The position numbers and the translations under genes were made by a program. Of a stretch of DNA of 64,000 nt, positions 50,518-59,814 are shown piece after piece; the stretch's first letter is position 1, and each line of letters begins with the position of its first letter. The notes under the pieces are model-generated. The model was not told the DNA's origin, made no database searches, and saw only the letters and a list, made by a program, of their open reading frames with translations. Source of the DNA: an uncultured delta proteobacterium (GTDB taxonomy: Bacteria; Myxococcota_A; Polyangia; Haliangiales; Haliangiaceae); the NCBI GenBank assembly GCA_963848295.1, contig CAWKDB010000010.1:3360001-3424000 (forward strand), written 5' to 3'.

Positions 50518-51405
50518 CTACGCCGACTCGCGCTGAAAGGTGCGGTTCGCGATCCACAAGCCGACGACCGCGAGCGCGGACGAGCACACCAGGCCGATCG
50601 CGAGCGAGTTATCGCCGAGGTCGTCGCGGAACGCCGCGCGCGCGCCGTCGACGACGTGACTGAACGGGTTGAAGTCCGCGATCCGGCGCAGCCAGCGCGG
50701 CGCGAGCGTCATCGGCAGCAAGATGCCGGACAGCAGCAGCACCGGCACGCTCACCATGTTGAGCAGCGGCGCGAGCGCGTCCTCGCTCTTGAGCCACATG
50801 CCGGCGGCATACGACAGCGACGATAGCGACACGCCGAGCATCGCGACGATCGCGACCGTGATCAGCGCGCCCGACGCCGGCACGCGGAGGCCGAACGCGA
50901 CCGCGATCAGGGTGAGCAGCGTCGCCTGGACGATCAGCACGAGCGTATCGCGCAGCACTCGACCGAGCAGCAGACCGAGGCGACTCGCCGGCGTCACGCG
51001 CATCCGCTCGATCGTGCCGAATCGGATCTCGGCGATCAGGCCGAATCCGACGAACATGCTGCCGAAGATGCCGAGCTGGATCAGCAGGCCGGGCACGAAC
51101 ACCTGCCACGCGTCGCCGGGCGGGAAGCCTGGCGTCTTCGACACCTGATCGAGCAGCGGTGCGAACAGTGCGAGGTAGAGCAACGGTTGGATCATCACGA
51201 CGACGATCCACACCGGCTCGCGCAGGAGCAGCTGCATCTGGTAGCGGAACGTCGTCATCGCGTCGCGAAGCATCGAAGGACCCTCGTCGGGTTGGGGCGC
51301 GAGAGCGCCGAGGTAGGTCAGGTAACCGGGTGGAGTGAGCATCGATCGAACCGCGCCGTCCTGCGGCGGCGCTGCCGCCGGCGGGCGAGCCCCCACCGTT
51401 GTCAT
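50518..51405 (-). CDS. ABC-2 type exporter permease (DrrB-like)
   Basis: LLREP...QPLLYL.LF, FVPG, GTIERMRVTP.SR and NPFSH. Alternative start at 51273. Confidence 0.9.
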   Translation of the reverse strand: MTTVGARPPAAAPPQDGAVRSMLTPPGYLTYLGALAPQPDEGPSMLRDAMTTFRYQMQLLLREPVWIVVVMIQPLLYLALFAPLLDQVSKTPGFPPGDAWQVFVPGLLIQLGIFGSMFVGFGLIAEIRFGTIERMRVTPASRLGLLLGRVLRDTLVLIVQATLLTLIAVAFGLRVPASGALITVAIVAMLGVSLSSLSYAAGMWLKSEDALAPLLNMVSVPVLLLSGILLPMTLAPRWLRRIADFNPFSHVVDGARAAFRDDLGDNSLAIGLVCSSALAVVGLWIANRTFQRESA

Positions 51406-52361
51406 GCGGCCGGGGCGCCGGCGTCGTCGCGAAGCGAGCGACCGGTCAGGGTCAAGAACACATCGTCGAGTGAGGGGTGGCGTACGCCGAGCGCGGCGAC
51501 GGCGATACCAGCCTCGTCGAGCGCGCGCATGAGCGGCAATGCCTGCTGCTCGCCGCGGTCGACGGTGACGCGCAAGCCGCCTTCGGTCGCGGTGACGTCG
51601 CGCGCCTCGGGGCGACCGCGGAGCAGCTCGGCGGCGCGGTCGGCGTCCTTGAGCTCGAACGTGACGAGGTCACCGGAGATCCGGCGCTTGAGCTCCGCCG
51701 GCGTGCCGGTCGCGACGATCTTGCCGTGGTCGATGATCAGGATCCGATCGCACAGCGCATCGGCTTCGTCGAGGTAATGGGTCGTCAGCAGCACGGTCGC
51801 GCGATCGCGGTCGCGCAACGCGCGGATGTGGTTCCATAGATTGGCGCGGCTCTGCGGATCGAGCCCGGTCGATGGCTCGTCGAGGAACACCAGCTTCGGC
51901 TGGTGGACGAGGCCGAGCGCGATGTCGAGGCGCCGGCGCTGGCCGCCCGACAGCGACTTGACCAGCCGATCGCCCATGTCGGCAAGATCGAGCACGGTGC
52001 GCAAGGTCTTTGCACGTTCCCCGGCCGCAGCGCGCGTCATGCCGTAGAGCCGGCCCTGCGTCACGAGCTCCTCGTCGACTTTAGCCGCCGGGTTCGTGCC
52101 GCCCGATTGCGACACGTAGCCGAGCTGGCGGCGGACGCCGACCGGGTCGCGGCGCAGATCGCAGCCGGCGACGGTCGCTTCGCCTGCCGTCGGCACGAGC
52201 AACGTCGCGAGCATCCGCTGAGTCGTCGTCTTGCCGGCGCCGTTCGGGCCGAGCAGAGCGACGATCTCGCCTTCGCCGACATCGAAGTCGATCCCGCGCA
52301 CCGCTTCGACCGGGCCAGTGCGCGCTTTGAACGTCCGGGCCAGACCTCGGGCTTCGATCAT
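51402..52361 (-). CDS. ABC exporter ATP-binding protein (DrrA-like)
   Basis: GPNGAGKTT, LSGGQRRRLD, FLDEP, TTHY and C-terminal PSLDDVFL.LTG. Confidence 0.93.
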   Translation of the reverse strand: MIEARGLARTFKARTGPVEAVRGIDFDVGEGEIVALLGPNGAGKTTTQRMLATLLVPTAGEATVAGCDLRRDPVGVRRQLGYVSQSGGTNPAAKVDEELVTQGRLYGMTRAAAGERAKTLRTVLDLADMGDRLVKSLSGGQRRRLDIALGLVHQPKLVFLDEPSTGLDPQSRANLWNHIRALRDRDRATVLLTTHYLDEADALCDRILIIDHGKIVATGTPAELKRRISGDLVTFELKDADRAAELLRGRPEARDVTATEGGLRVTVDRGEQQALPLMRALDEAGIAVAALGVRHPSLDDVFLTLTGRSLRDDAGAPAA

Positions 52362-52369
52362 GCCAGCAA

Positions 52370-52398
52370 TCATTAGTCAAGTTTGACTAATGAGTCAA
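52370..52398. promoter_or_regulatory. Perfect inverted repeat operator overlapping the exporter promoter
   Basis: TCATTAGTCAA-gt-TTGACTAATGA plus overlapping TTGACT-aatg-AGTCAA; AT-rich island in GC-rich DNA. Confidence 0.8.
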
Positions 52399-53027
52399 CT
52401 ACGTCGTTTGTTTCGTCTCGAGCGCCCGGTCTTGGCTGGCTTCTTGAGTGGTTGCGGCGACCATTTGTTCTCGCCGAGCGTGTGGTATTCGCCGCCCTTG
52501 AGCCGGGCGATCAGCGCCTTGGACCACGGCAGCTCCGCGCCGATCCGAGCGCTGATCAGCCGCATCATCTCGCGGACGTGATCGGGTGTCGTGATGTTGT
52601 CGACCGCTGCGATCTGGTACTCGTTGTGCTGCAACATGCCTTTGATCGTCGCAGCGCGCGCCTCGAGCGCGGCGATCAGCTCGGCGCGGTCGACGAACCC
52701 CATCATCGAGATCGCGACGATCAGCGGATCGATCGGCGGGCGGACCTGCCACAGCTGGTCGCGCATGAGATCTCGCAGCTCCTGCTCGCCTTCCTGGGTC
52801 AGCTCGTAGGTCGTGCGCTCCGGCCGGTTGCCGACCGCCTTCGTACCGACGACTGCGAGCATGCCTTCCTTCGCGAGCGTCTTGAGCGCGCTGTAGATCG
52901 AGCCCGGCGCCACCGAGGCCCAGTCCGCGACGTGCCAGCCGGTCAGCTCGCGGCGTACGTCATAGCCGTGAACCGGTTGGAAGATGCGGACCACTCCGAG
53001 CACGAGCAAGCGGGTCGCGTGAGCCAC
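52395..53027 (-). CDS. PadR-family transcriptional regulator
   Basis: HGYDV, PGSIYSAL..L..EG and YELTQEG. Start trimmed to GTG 53027. Confidence 0.92.
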   Translation of the reverse strand: MAHATRLLVLGVVRIFQPVHGYDVRRELTGWHVADWASVAPGSIYSALKTLAKEGMLAVVGTKAVGNRPERTTYELTQEGEQELRDLMRDQLWQVRPPIDPLIVAISMMGFVDRAELIAALEARAATIKGMLQHNEYQIAAVDNITTPDHVREMMRLISARIGAELPWSKALIARLKGGEYHTLGENKWSPQPLKKPAKTGRSRRNKRRS

Positions 53028-53071
53028 AGCGCAACGCGTAGCACAGGTCGGCGCAACGAGTAAGATGAGGC

Positions 53072-53971
53072 GTGGAGCTCGCACTGTCTGCCGAGGTCGC
53101 CGCCGCCCGCGCCGCGGGCACGCCGATCGTCGCGCTCGAGTCCACGATCATCGCGCACGGCCTGCCGTGGCCGGACAACCTCGACATCGCACGCGCGCTC
53201 GAGGCCGTGGTGCGCGATCGCGGTGCCGTACCGGCGACGATCGCGGTCGTCGACGGCGTGCCTTGCGTCGGGCTCGGCGCGAGTCAGGTGGAGCAGCTCG
53301 CCCGCGATGGCGAACGGTTCGCGAAGGCGAGCGCGATCGATCTCGCCGTTCACATCGCGCGTGGCACGAGCGCGGCGACGACGGTGAGCGCGACTTGTAC
53401 GCTCGCCGCGCGCGCGGGCCTGCGCGTGTTCGCGACCGGCGGCATCGGTGGTGTCCACCGCGGCGACGGCGACGACGTCTCGCATGATCTCGTCTCGCTC
53501 GCGAAGACACCGATCGTCGTGGTGTCGGCCGGCGCGAAGGCGATCCTCGACCTGCCGCGCACGCTCGAACAACTCGAGACACTCGGCGTGCTCGTGATCG
53601 GCTATCGCACGGACGAGCTCCCCGCGTTCTACGCACGATCGAGTGGGCTTCGGCTCGATCATCGCGTCGACCGTGCGCGCGAGCTCGCTCGCATCGCGCA
53701 CGCCCACTGGCAGCTCGGCGGCGGCGGCGTGCTCGCTTGCAATCCGATCCCCGCCGGTGATGCGCTCGATCTCGGCGCGCCGCTCGTCAGAGCACTCTCC
53801 GCGGCGGCGGCGGAAGGCATCACCGGCAAGCGGCTCACGCCTTTCTTGTTGGCGAAGCTCGCCGACCTCACCGGTGGCGCCTCGATCCGCGCGAATCGCG
53901 CGCTCGCGATCAACAACGCCGAGGTCGCGGCCGAGCTCGCAGTCGAGCTCGCCACCGAGGAGACGGTGTGA
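53072..53971 (+). CDS. psuG: Pseudouridine-5'-phosphate glycosidase
   Basis: VALESTIIAHGLP.P.N, ATTVSAT, FATGGIGGVHR, GAKAILD and TPFLL. Confidence 0.95.
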   Translation: MELALSAEVAAARAAGTPIVALESTIIAHGLPWPDNLDIARALEAVVRDRGAVPATIAVVDGVPCVGLGASQVEQLARDGERFAKASAIDLAVHIARGTSAATTVSATCTLAARAGLRVFATGGIGGVHRGDGDDVSHDLVSLAKTPIVVVSAGAKAILDLPRTLEQLETLGVLVIGYRTDELPAFYARSSGLRLDHRVDRARELARIAHAHWQLGGGGVLACNPIPAGDALDLGAPLVRALSAAAAEGITGKRLTPFLLAKLADLTGGASIRANRALAINNAEVAAELAVELATEETV

Positions 53972-54705
53972 CCCGCTTCCAGATGATCGTCATCTATTCG
54001 ATCGTCGGAGTCGTCGCCGGGACGGCAGCGACGATCGCGGAGCTCGTTCGCCCGGCTCGCCCGGTGAGCTATCGCAGCGTCGTGCTCCGCGACGCGGTTG
54101 CGTTCGCGCTGTACATCGCGGCGGTCGTGCCGCTCGCCGACTATTTCGCCGGCCACGTCCAGCCATATGTCCAGTTTCATTGGCCCGTCGCGAAGCTGCC
54201 GCTGGTCGCGCGCGTCATCCTGTATTACCTCGTCGCGGATCTGGGCTCGTACCTGCTGCACATCACGATGCACACGAAGCTGCTATGGCGGATCCACAAG
54301 TGGCATCACGCGCCGAAGTACATGTACTGGTTCGCCGGGGTGCGCGCGACGATCCCGCAGCAGTTCTTGTTCAACCTCCCGGGCCTGCTCGCCGTGCCGA
54401 TCCTCGCGCCCGCTCCGGTGTGGCTGTACGTCGCGTTGCCCGCCGAAGTCATCTTCCGCAACGACTGGATGCACATGAACGTCGCGTGGCGGTCGAACTG
54501 GCTCGAATGGATCTTCGTGACTCCGCGCTATCACCACATCCATCACAGCGCGGACCAACCGCGTCACCTCGGCAACTACGGCTCGCTGTTCACGATCTGG
54601 GATCGGATCTTCGGTACCCGGATCGACCCCGATGCGATCAAAGAGCCGCTCGCGTTCGGCACCGGCACCGACGACAACCCGGTGCGCGTCATCGTCGGCC
54701 TGTAA
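53968..54705 (+). CDS. Sterol desaturase / fatty acid hydroxylase family protein
   Basis: His boxes HITMH, HKWHH and HHIHH; NYG....WDRIFGT. Confidence 0.9.
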   Translation: MTRFQMIVIYSIVGVVAGTAATIAELVRPARPVSYRSVVLRDAVAFALYIAAVVPLADYFAGHVQPYVQFHWPVAKLPLVARVILYYLVADLGSYLLHITMHTKLLWRIHKWHHAPKYMYWFAGVRATIPQQFLFNLPGLLAVPILAPAPVWLYVALPAEVIFRNDWMHMNVAWRSNWLEWIFVTPRYHHIHHSADQPRHLGNYGSLFTIWDRIFGTRIDPDAIKEPLAFGTGTDDNPVRVIVGL

Positions 54706-54755
54706 ATCCCACCGCCCCTAGTCAAGTGCCGCGTTTCATTGAGGCGCTCGGCCAA

Positions 54756-55379
54756 TCACTCCGCGCAGCGCGGCTCGACTTGGACGAGCGTCGCTCCAGC
54801 GACTCGCCAGTGATCCGCGCAGCCGTTGCCAGCACTGCGCTCGATCTGACCGTTCGCGATGGTCGGCGCGGTCGTCGACCGATCGACGGTCGCGCTCGCG
54901 ATCGGATGGACGGCGCCATCGCGCACCGAATACGCGAGCAAGTGAGTCGTGGCGAACGAGCCCTGGTTGCCGCAGCCGACGTAACGCTGGTCGATCGTCA
55001 CGAGCGCGTCCGCGATGCCGTCGCCGTCGAGATCGCCACTCGCGGTGGACCGGAGGCTGAGCTCGAACGTGACGTGCTCGCCTTCGTAGGGTGTGCCGTC
55101 GCAGGCGTAGACGTGCGATTCCCAGTCGCCGTCCTCGAGCGTGAGCCCTCCGGGTCCGCTCGCTTGCAGCTCGTCGCCGTACGTGTGATTGCACCAATCG
55201 ACGCCGAGAGCGCGACACGGCCGCGGTGCAACCGCGGGTTCAGCCATCGGTGGCGCGGACCGATCTCGAGACGTCACCTCCATCGCCGGTGGCGACATCG
55301 GGGCCGCAGGGGCCGGTGCCACGGCGCGCGACGCGGCGCAACCCACCGCGACGATCGTCAGCAGCGCGAGGCGAATCAT
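54756..55379 (-). CDS. Hypothetical lipoprotein
   Basis: MIRLALLTIVAVGC; VDWCNHTY; GDLDGDGIADA. Confidence 0.7.
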   Translation of the reverse strand: MIRLALLTIVAVGCAASRAVAPAPAAPMSPPAMEVTSRDRSAPPMAEPAVAPRPCRALGVDWCNHTYGDELQASGPGGLTLEDGDWESHVYACDGTPYEGEHVTFELSLRSTASGDLDGDGIADALVTIDQRYVGCGNQGSFATTHLLAYSVRDGAVHPIASATVDRSTTAPTIANGQIERSAGNGCADHWRVAGATLVQVEPRCAE

Positions 55380-55381
55380 CG

Positions 55382-56530
55382 TTAGTGAGCGAGCTGGTAC
55401 AGCGTGAGGCTCTTGCCGCCGCGGTCGAAGCCATTCGAGCGCTCGAGCAGCCAGAACTTGTCGCCGATCACGCCGAGTCGAAACCGCGTGTTGGTCCCGA
55501 GGATGCGCGCCCTGCGCGTGGCCTTGCCGTCGGCGGTGACCGTGAAGACATCGAAGTACTCGGGGTCGGCCTTCTGGCGCGCGACCGCGTCGGGGTTGAC
55601 CGGATCGACCTTGAGCGCGATCCATGCGCTGCCGTCAGCAGCGACGATACCTTGGAGCGATTTCGGATCGTACTGCTGCATCGCTTGGTCGAGCTCGACC
55701 GGCTTGGGATGGCCGTTGTGCCAGAGCTGGGGCGCGCTGTTGTCCCAGGTCATGTGCACGAAGTCGACGACGCCGCCGGCGTCGGCCATCACCTGGTAGC
55801 GCTTGCGCTGCTCGAACAGATCGCTGATCGCGCGCTTGTCGATAAACCTGTCGGTCGCCAGGTCGTACGTCGCTTCGCCATCGGGCGTGCGCTGGTTCTC
55901 TTTCGGATCCCACGCGCCACCCTTCGTGCCGATCGCTCGCGAGAACCCGTCGGCCCAGTGGTTGACATGGAGCTCGAGCTTGGGGTCGTTGCCGGTCGCG
56001 TCTAGCTCGAGGTGCCCGCTCGCCAGTGCGCGCCCGGTGTCGAGCGCGAGGATCTGGACGTCGTGGCGCGTGCCGGTCTTCGTTGCAACGGCGCGGTGCA
56101 CGGCGAGCCGCTGCCTGCCGTCGCGCATGATCAGTGTCATCGTGGTCGCGGCCGGGATGGTGTACTCGACTTTGCCGCGCGCCGACAGCTCGACGAGGGT
56201 GGCGGTCTGCTGGCCGTCATCGCCCTGGCCGATGACGAGCGCGCGATCGCCGACGAGCGCGAGCGCGATCGGGTGCAACGTAACCGCCGAGATGTCGACG
56301 GCCTGGTCTTGCTTGGTCGCGATCGTCATCACGTGCAGCTCGCTCTTGGTCGAGTCGCCGAGCACGTACGCGAGGCGCTGGCCATCGCTCGCGACCGGGT
56401 CGTCGACGAAGCCGGTCTGAGCCGTGACCGTTATGACTGGCTCGGCGCCGATCAGCGCCGCTGGTTTGGGGGCGGCGGCGACCGCGCCGGCCGTGCAGAG
56501 AGACACCACGCAGGCGAGGCTTCGGACCAT
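55382..56530 (-). CDS. Secreted beta-rich (propeller-like) hypothetical protein
   Basis: Signal peptide MVRSLACVVSL..AAA; SDGQRLAY; repeated beta strands. Confidence 0.7.
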   Translation of the reverse strand: MVRSLACVVSLCTAGAVAAAPKPAALIGAEPVITVTAQTGFVDDPVASDGQRLAYVLGDSTKSELHVMTIATKQDQAVDISAVTLHPIALALVGDRALVIGQGDDGQQTATLVELSARGKVEYTIPAATTMTLIMRDGRQRLAVHRAVATKTGTRHDVQILALDTGRALASGHLELDATGNDPKLELHVNHWADGFSRAIGTKGGAWDPKENQRTPDGEATYDLATDRFIDKRAISDLFEQRKRYQVMADAGGVVDFVHMTWDNSAPQLWHNGHPKPVELDQAMQQYDPKSLQGIVAADGSAWIALKVDPVNPDAVARQKADPEYFDVFTVTADGKATRRARILGTNTRFRLGVIGDKFWLLERSNGFDRGGKSLTLYQLAH

Positions 56531-56599
56531 CCGGCCTGGGATGCCACACCGTGGTGGTCGCGCGCAAGTGCCGGTGTTTTTCGGGTTAGATTCATGGCA

Positions 56600-57247
56600 A
56601 TGGGCAGTATCGCTTTCACCCGTAACTACACGGACCACAGCAGTGACACCGGATATCAATTCGAGTTCCACTGCGACAAGTGCGGTAACGGCTACCGCTC
56701 GTCGTTCCAGACGAGTGCGCTCGGCGTCGGCGGCAAGCTCGCGAAGGGGATCGGCAGTCTGTTCGGCGGAGGCAACCTGTTCGCAGCCGGGCAGGCGAGC
56801 GAGTACATGAAAGATGGCCTGCGCGGTCCGGCGTGGGATACCGCGTTCGAACACGCGGTCGGTGAGATCAAGCCGAAGTTTCACCAGTGCGGGCGTTGCG
56901 GCCGTTGGGTCTGCCCGGAAGTGTGCTGGAACGATGGGCGCCAGCAGTGCATGGAGTGCGCGCCCGATCTCGCCCAAGAGAATGCAGCGGCCCAGGCGAG
57001 GATCGCCGCGGACCAAGCCGCCGAGAAGATGCGCAACGTCGATCAAGTCTCCGGGTTCGACCCACTCGCCCAGCAGGTCTCGGCGTGTCCGAGCTGTCGC
57101 GCGCACATTCAAGCCGGCACGAAGTTCTGCGCGAGTTGCGGCAAGCCCGTCGCGGGGCCGGTCCAGAAGCAGTTCTGCACGGGATGCGGCGCCCAGCTCG
57201 CGCCCGGCGCGCGGTTCTGCGGCGGCTGCGGTCAGCAGCAAGGCTGA
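56600..57247 (+). CDS. Multi-zinc-ribbon (double zinc ribbon) protein
   Basis: FTRNYTD.S...GYQFEF.CDKC and multiple CxxC pairs (KFCASCG, FCTGCG, RFCGGCG). Confidence 0.88.
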   Translation: MGSIAFTRNYTDHSSDTGYQFEFHCDKCGNGYRSSFQTSALGVGGKLAKGIGSLFGGGNLFAAGQASEYMKDGLRGPAWDTAFEHAVGEIKPKFHQCGRCGRWVCPEVCWNDGRQQCMECAPDLAQENAAAQARIAADQAAEKMRNVDQVSGFDPLAQQVSACPSCRAHIQAGTKFCASCGKPVAGPVQKQFCTGCGAQLAPGARFCGGCGQQQG

Positions 57248-57276
57248 CTGCGGCGATCGAGCCCGTCATGGGCAGG

Positions 57277-57630
57277 CTACCCACGTGGGTCAAGCTTTGG
57301 CGGAAACCTCGCGAGCTCGCGCAGCACGCGCGCGTGCTCGCGTTGCCACGCAGCGATCTGCGCCTCCTCGGTATGCGCGCGCGGATGAGCGACCGCGTAG
57401 TAGCCGGTGCTCGGGCGATTCGCGCCGGAACGCCATACGATCGCCGGCAAGCACGGCAGCGCGTTGTGCCGGCACGCGTTGCTGACCTCGCCGAGCGCGG
57501 CGTGGAGGAGCGGGCTGCGCGGATGCAGATCCCCGACCTGGTGCGCGAGCTCGCCGTACGTGATCGACGGTCGGTTCGAGCGGGCGCGATAGATCAACCG
57601 GCGATAGATGTGGAGGGCTAGCGGGCTCAT
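57277..57630 (-). CDS. Small hypothetical protein with ATL/MGMT-like HTH
   Basis: ITYGELA...LGEV...LPCLPAIV....RPS.GYY; coupled to comM. Confidence 0.6.
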   Translation of the reverse strand: MSPLALHIYRRLIYRARSNRPSITYGELAHQVGDLHPRSPLLHAALGEVSNACRHNALPCLPAIVWRSGANRPSTGYYAVAHPRAHTEEAQIAAWQREHARVLRELARFPPKLDPRG

Positions 57631-59186
57631 GCGACTTCCTTGTGGTCGGGTGGTGGTGCGAACGCGAGGTCATCACCCGGCTCGGTGCCGCGATAGGCTG
57701 CGGCTTCGCGCAGACAATCGGCATCGATCGCGTCGCGGTCGGTGAGATCGGCGATCGTGCGTGCGACTTTGAGCAGCCGATCGATCGATCGCGCGGTCAG
57801 CGTCGTACGGCGAGCGACGATCGCGGCGAGCACGCGTTCGCAAGCGTCGTCGAGCCGGCAGACGTCGCGCACCATCGCGGTGGTCAGCTCGGCGTTACAG
57901 CGGGCGCCGTGCTTGCCTAGCCGGACACGCTGGCGCTCGCGAGCCGCAACGACCCGGGCTCGCACCGCGGCGGACGACTCCGAGGGCTCCCCGCGGCGCA
58001 GCTCGGCGAGCGGGACCGGCTGGACATAGACCCGAAGGTCGATGCGATCGAGCAGCGGTCCGCTCATGCGCGCGCGGTAACGCTCGATGCTAAGAGAGCT
58101 GCAGGTGCACTCGCGCACGCCGCTGTCGTACCAACCGCAGGGGCATGGATTCGCGGCCGCGACGAGCAAGAACGAGGCGGGCAACTTCGCGGTCCCGTGG
58201 ACTCGGCCGATCGTGACCGAGCGCTCTTCGAGCGGCTGCCGCAGCGCCTCGATCGCCGCTCGCCCGAACTCGGGAAGCTCGTCGAGGAACAGCACCCCGT
58301 TGTGGGCCAGCGAGATCTCGCCCGGCCGCGGATGCGAGCCGCCGCCGAGAAGCGCGGCCGAGCTGATCGTGTGATGCGGCGCGCGGAACGGCCGATCTTC
58401 GAGCAAGCCGCACGGGGCGAGTCCGACCGCGCCATAGACTTTGGTGGTCTCCAGCGCTTCGTCTCGCGTCATCGGCGGCAACACCGTGGGGATCCGCCGC
58501 GCGAGCATAGTCTTGCCGGTGCCTGGCGGTCCGCACATTAACAAGTTGTGGCCGCCGGCCACCGCGACCTCGATCGCGGCCCGCGCGAACGCTTGGCCGC
58601 GCACGTCGGCGAGATCGTACGGGCGAATGATGCGGCGCCGCTTGCGCGGTGCTCGGGTCGCCAACGGCAGTGGCGCGCGACCGGCGAGCGCATCGATCAG
58701 CTGCGCCAAGTGCGAGATCGCATAGACTTCGAGATCCTCGACAAGCGCGGCTTCCGCTACCGAAGCCTCGGGGACGAGCACCCCGCGCATCCCGAGTTGT
58801 TTCGCGAGCATCGCCGCGGCGAGCGAACCGCGCACCGACTTGAGCGCACCGTTGAGACCGAGCTCGCCGAGCACGAGCACGTCTTCGAGCACGCGGCTGG
58901 GGTAGGTGCCCTCGGCGAGCAGGACCGCTGCGGCGATCGGGAGATCGAGCCCGCTGCCTGGCTTCGGGAGATCCGCGGGGGCCAAGTTGATCGTGACCTT
59001 CTTGAGCGGCAGATCTTGTCCGGCCGAGAGCAACGCCGCGCGGATGCGGACCGCGCCTTCTTTGACCGCCGGAGCGGCGAGCCCGACGACGTGATAGCCC
59101 GGCAAGCCGCGCGCGATCTCGCACTCGACCTCGACCGGCGCTGCATCGATCCCGACCAGCGTGCAGCTCTTGATGATCGCGACCAC
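57627..59186 (-). CDS. comM: YifB/ComM Mg-chelatase-like AAA+ ATPase
   Basis: INLAPADLPK.G...DLPIA, GPPGTGKTMLA, RPFRAPHHT, PGEISLAHNGVLFLDE and NPCPCG. Confidence 0.95.
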   Translation of the reverse strand: MVAIIKSCTLVGIDAAPVEVECEIARGLPGYHVVGLAAPAVKEGAVRIRAALLSAGQDLPLKKVTINLAPADLPKPGSGLDLPIAAAVLLAEGTYPSRVLEDVLVLGELGLNGALKSVRGSLAAAMLAKQLGMRGVLVPEASVAEAALVEDLEVYAISHLAQLIDALAGRAPLPLATRAPRKRRRIIRPYDLADVRGQAFARAAIEVAVAGGHNLLMCGPPGTGKTMLARRIPTVLPPMTRDEALETTKVYGAVGLAPCGLLEDRPFRAPHHTISSAALLGGGSHPRPGEISLAHNGVLFLDELPEFGRAAIEALRQPLEERSVTIGRVHGTAKLPASFLLVAAANPCPCGWYDSGVRECTCSSLSIERYRARMSGPLLDRIDLRVYVQPVPLAELRRGEPSESSAAVRARVVAARERQRVRLGKHGARCNAELTTAMVRDVCRLDDACERVLAAIVARRTTLTARSIDRLLKVARTIADLTDRDAIDADCLREAAAYRGTEPGDDLAFAPPPDHKEVA

Positions 59187-59198
59187 CCCACGGCATTC

Positions 59199-59215
59199 AG
59201 CACATCACGCGCCAA
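59199..59215 (-). promoter_or_regulatory. Putative sigma54 promoter of comM
   Basis: TTGGCGCGtgatgTGCT, 13 nt before the GTG start. Confidence 0.72.
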
Positions 59216-59401
59216 CGGTAACCGCCCGGATCTACTTCCGGCGCTCGGTCGCGTGTCCGGCAGCCGGACGAATCCGGCCAACATCCGGCCAGTCGCGGAC
59301 ACGGTGCGACTTTCTCGGCCAATTCGTCGTTGCTCGGCGATTCTTCCGCCGACGCTATGATTGCGGCCCGGCAACCGAATGTTGCTCGCTATCCACTTGG
59401 C

Positions 59402-59610
59402 TCAAAGTTCGAGGGAGTAATGCGTGTAGGGCTCGCGCACCGTCATGCCCAGCTTTTCGTACAGCGTGAGGGCCCCGGTGCCCGAATCGGTCGACGTGCC
59501 GGTGGTGGCATAGCCGAGCTCGAACGAGCGCACGAAGGCCGCTCGGGCGAGTCAAAGCGCGCGCCACCGCGGTCGCAAAGGCCGTCGGCACACCCCGATG
59601 TTCACGCGAA
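59402..59610 (-). pseudogene. GNAT acetyltransferase C-terminal remnant (frameshifted)
   Basis: One frame gives REHRG...VARAL. After a 1-nt shift near 59552 it reads LARAAFVRSFELGYATTGTSTDSGTGALTLYEKLGMTVREPYTHYSLEL*. The N-terminus is absent. Confidence 0.7.
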
Positions 59611-59633
59611 GGTCGTCCGGCATCGCCGTGCCA

Positions 59634-59736
59634 CAAGTTGACAATAGCGACAGCGTCACCACGCAATGTCCTGCGATTACGGTCGACTGCGACGACGGCG
59701 TTTTCTCGCAAGTTGACAATAGAGACAGCGTCACCA
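59634..59736. repeat. 28-bp direct repeat pair with 47-nt spacer
   Basis: CAAGTTGACAATAG(C/A)GACAGCGTCACCA at 59634-59661 and 59709-59736; 27/28 identical. Confidence 0.9.
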
Positions 59737-59814
59737 TTGTCAGGTTTCTTCATGTAGCGGCTGGCGGAGGCGAAACACGCGCTGGTCATCCTGGGTTCGT
59801 AGAAGGAGCCCACC

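Noticed and set aside
53028..53056. Sigma54 promoter before padR (GC at the same 13-nt spacing)
   Set aside because: The -24 position reads GC, not GG.
59634..59736. CRISPR array call
   Set aside because: Only two repeats, with no cas genes or leader; kept as an unexplained repeat.
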